64,000 nt of DNA from Eubacteriales bacterium. Lineage in GTDB: Bacteria > Bacillota > Clostridia > Oscillospirales > SIG627. The first letter of the stretch is position 1, and each line of letters starts with the position of its first letter. A model generated the notes under the pieces. It searched no databases and was not told where the DNA came from. It saw only the letters and a list, made by a program, of their open reading frames with translations. The translations under genes were made by a program, and so were the position numbers. The stretch is from assembly GCA_045655865.1 (NCBI GenBank), contig JAZOQB010000046.1:27504-91503 (forward strand), written 5' to 3'. Shown in pieces: positions 63,961-64,000 of this stretch.

Positions 63961-64000
63961 TTCTTTCAAGAAGCTTCACCCCTTCACTTGTAATCCGGTA
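63953..64000 (-). CDS. hisZ: 3' end (last 15 codons) of an upstream gene, probably hisZ
   Basis: This is the only frame open to the window edge, reading ...YRITSEGVKLLERNA-stop. Its stop overlaps the hisG start (ATGCTTAA). A short-form HisG normally needs HisZ, which is usually encoded immediately upstream. The identity is inferred from context only. Confidence 0.4.
   Translation of the reverse strand, partial: YRITSEGVKLLERNA

Noticed and set aside
1-64000. Searched by eye for CRISPR repeats, tRNA/rRNA genes, integrase/transposase/phage genes, toxin-antitoxin pairs and restriction-modification genes.
   Set aside because: None were found. Intergenic gaps are short (mostly under 130 nt) and are accounted for by promoters, terminators, one T-box and the SRP RNA. 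The only defence-flavoured gene (17133-21311) appears catalytically degenerate and sits in a housekeeping context.

Overview
This 64-kb window looks like core chromosome of a low-GC Gram-positive anaerobe. The Clostridia-like signals are a T-box leader, a long Bacillus/Clostridium-type SRP RNA upstream of dnaX-ybaB-recR, a YlmC/YmxH sporulation-family gene, many lipobox lipoproteins and AGGAGG-type ribosome binding sites. I count about 62 tightly packed protein genes, roughly three quarters on the minus strand; 39.7-64.0 kb is one unbroken minus-strand run. Confidently recognisable content: argS (partial), valS with a T-box, ispDF, a birA-like gene, an mntR-like gene, maf, thyA-folA, recR-ybaB-dnaX plus SRP RNA, rpiB-tsaB-tsaE, rqcH, a SufC/SufB-like pair, an OmpR/HK two-component system, metA-metY, argHCJBDF, and a complete hisZ(partial)GDCBHAF-IE operon. 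I found no rRNA, tRNA, CRISPR array, transposase, integrase or phage genes, so most of the window is ordinary. Four things deserve a second look. (1) A 1392-aa Upf1/DNA2-type SF1 helicase plus Vsr/DUF559-type nuclease-fold protein has a substitution at every catalytic signature I can read, and it heads an operon with two membrane proteins and birA. (2) One promoter drives a tightly coupled operon of an E2/CAT-fold acyltransferase (catalytic DHR reads DER), an AMP-forming acyl ligase and a SufC/SufB-like pair. (3) A 2320-aa cyclic beta-1,2-glucan synthase-like giant sits in a monoderm with no exporter nearby. (4) A DUF1700/DUF4097 membrane pair lacks the usual PadR partner. All family assignments come from motif recall on the translated ORFs; no database search was possible. 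The supplied ORF track also opens ORFs at TTG/GTG and at the most upstream start, so I revised many starts using Shine-Dalgarno position and gene overlaps.
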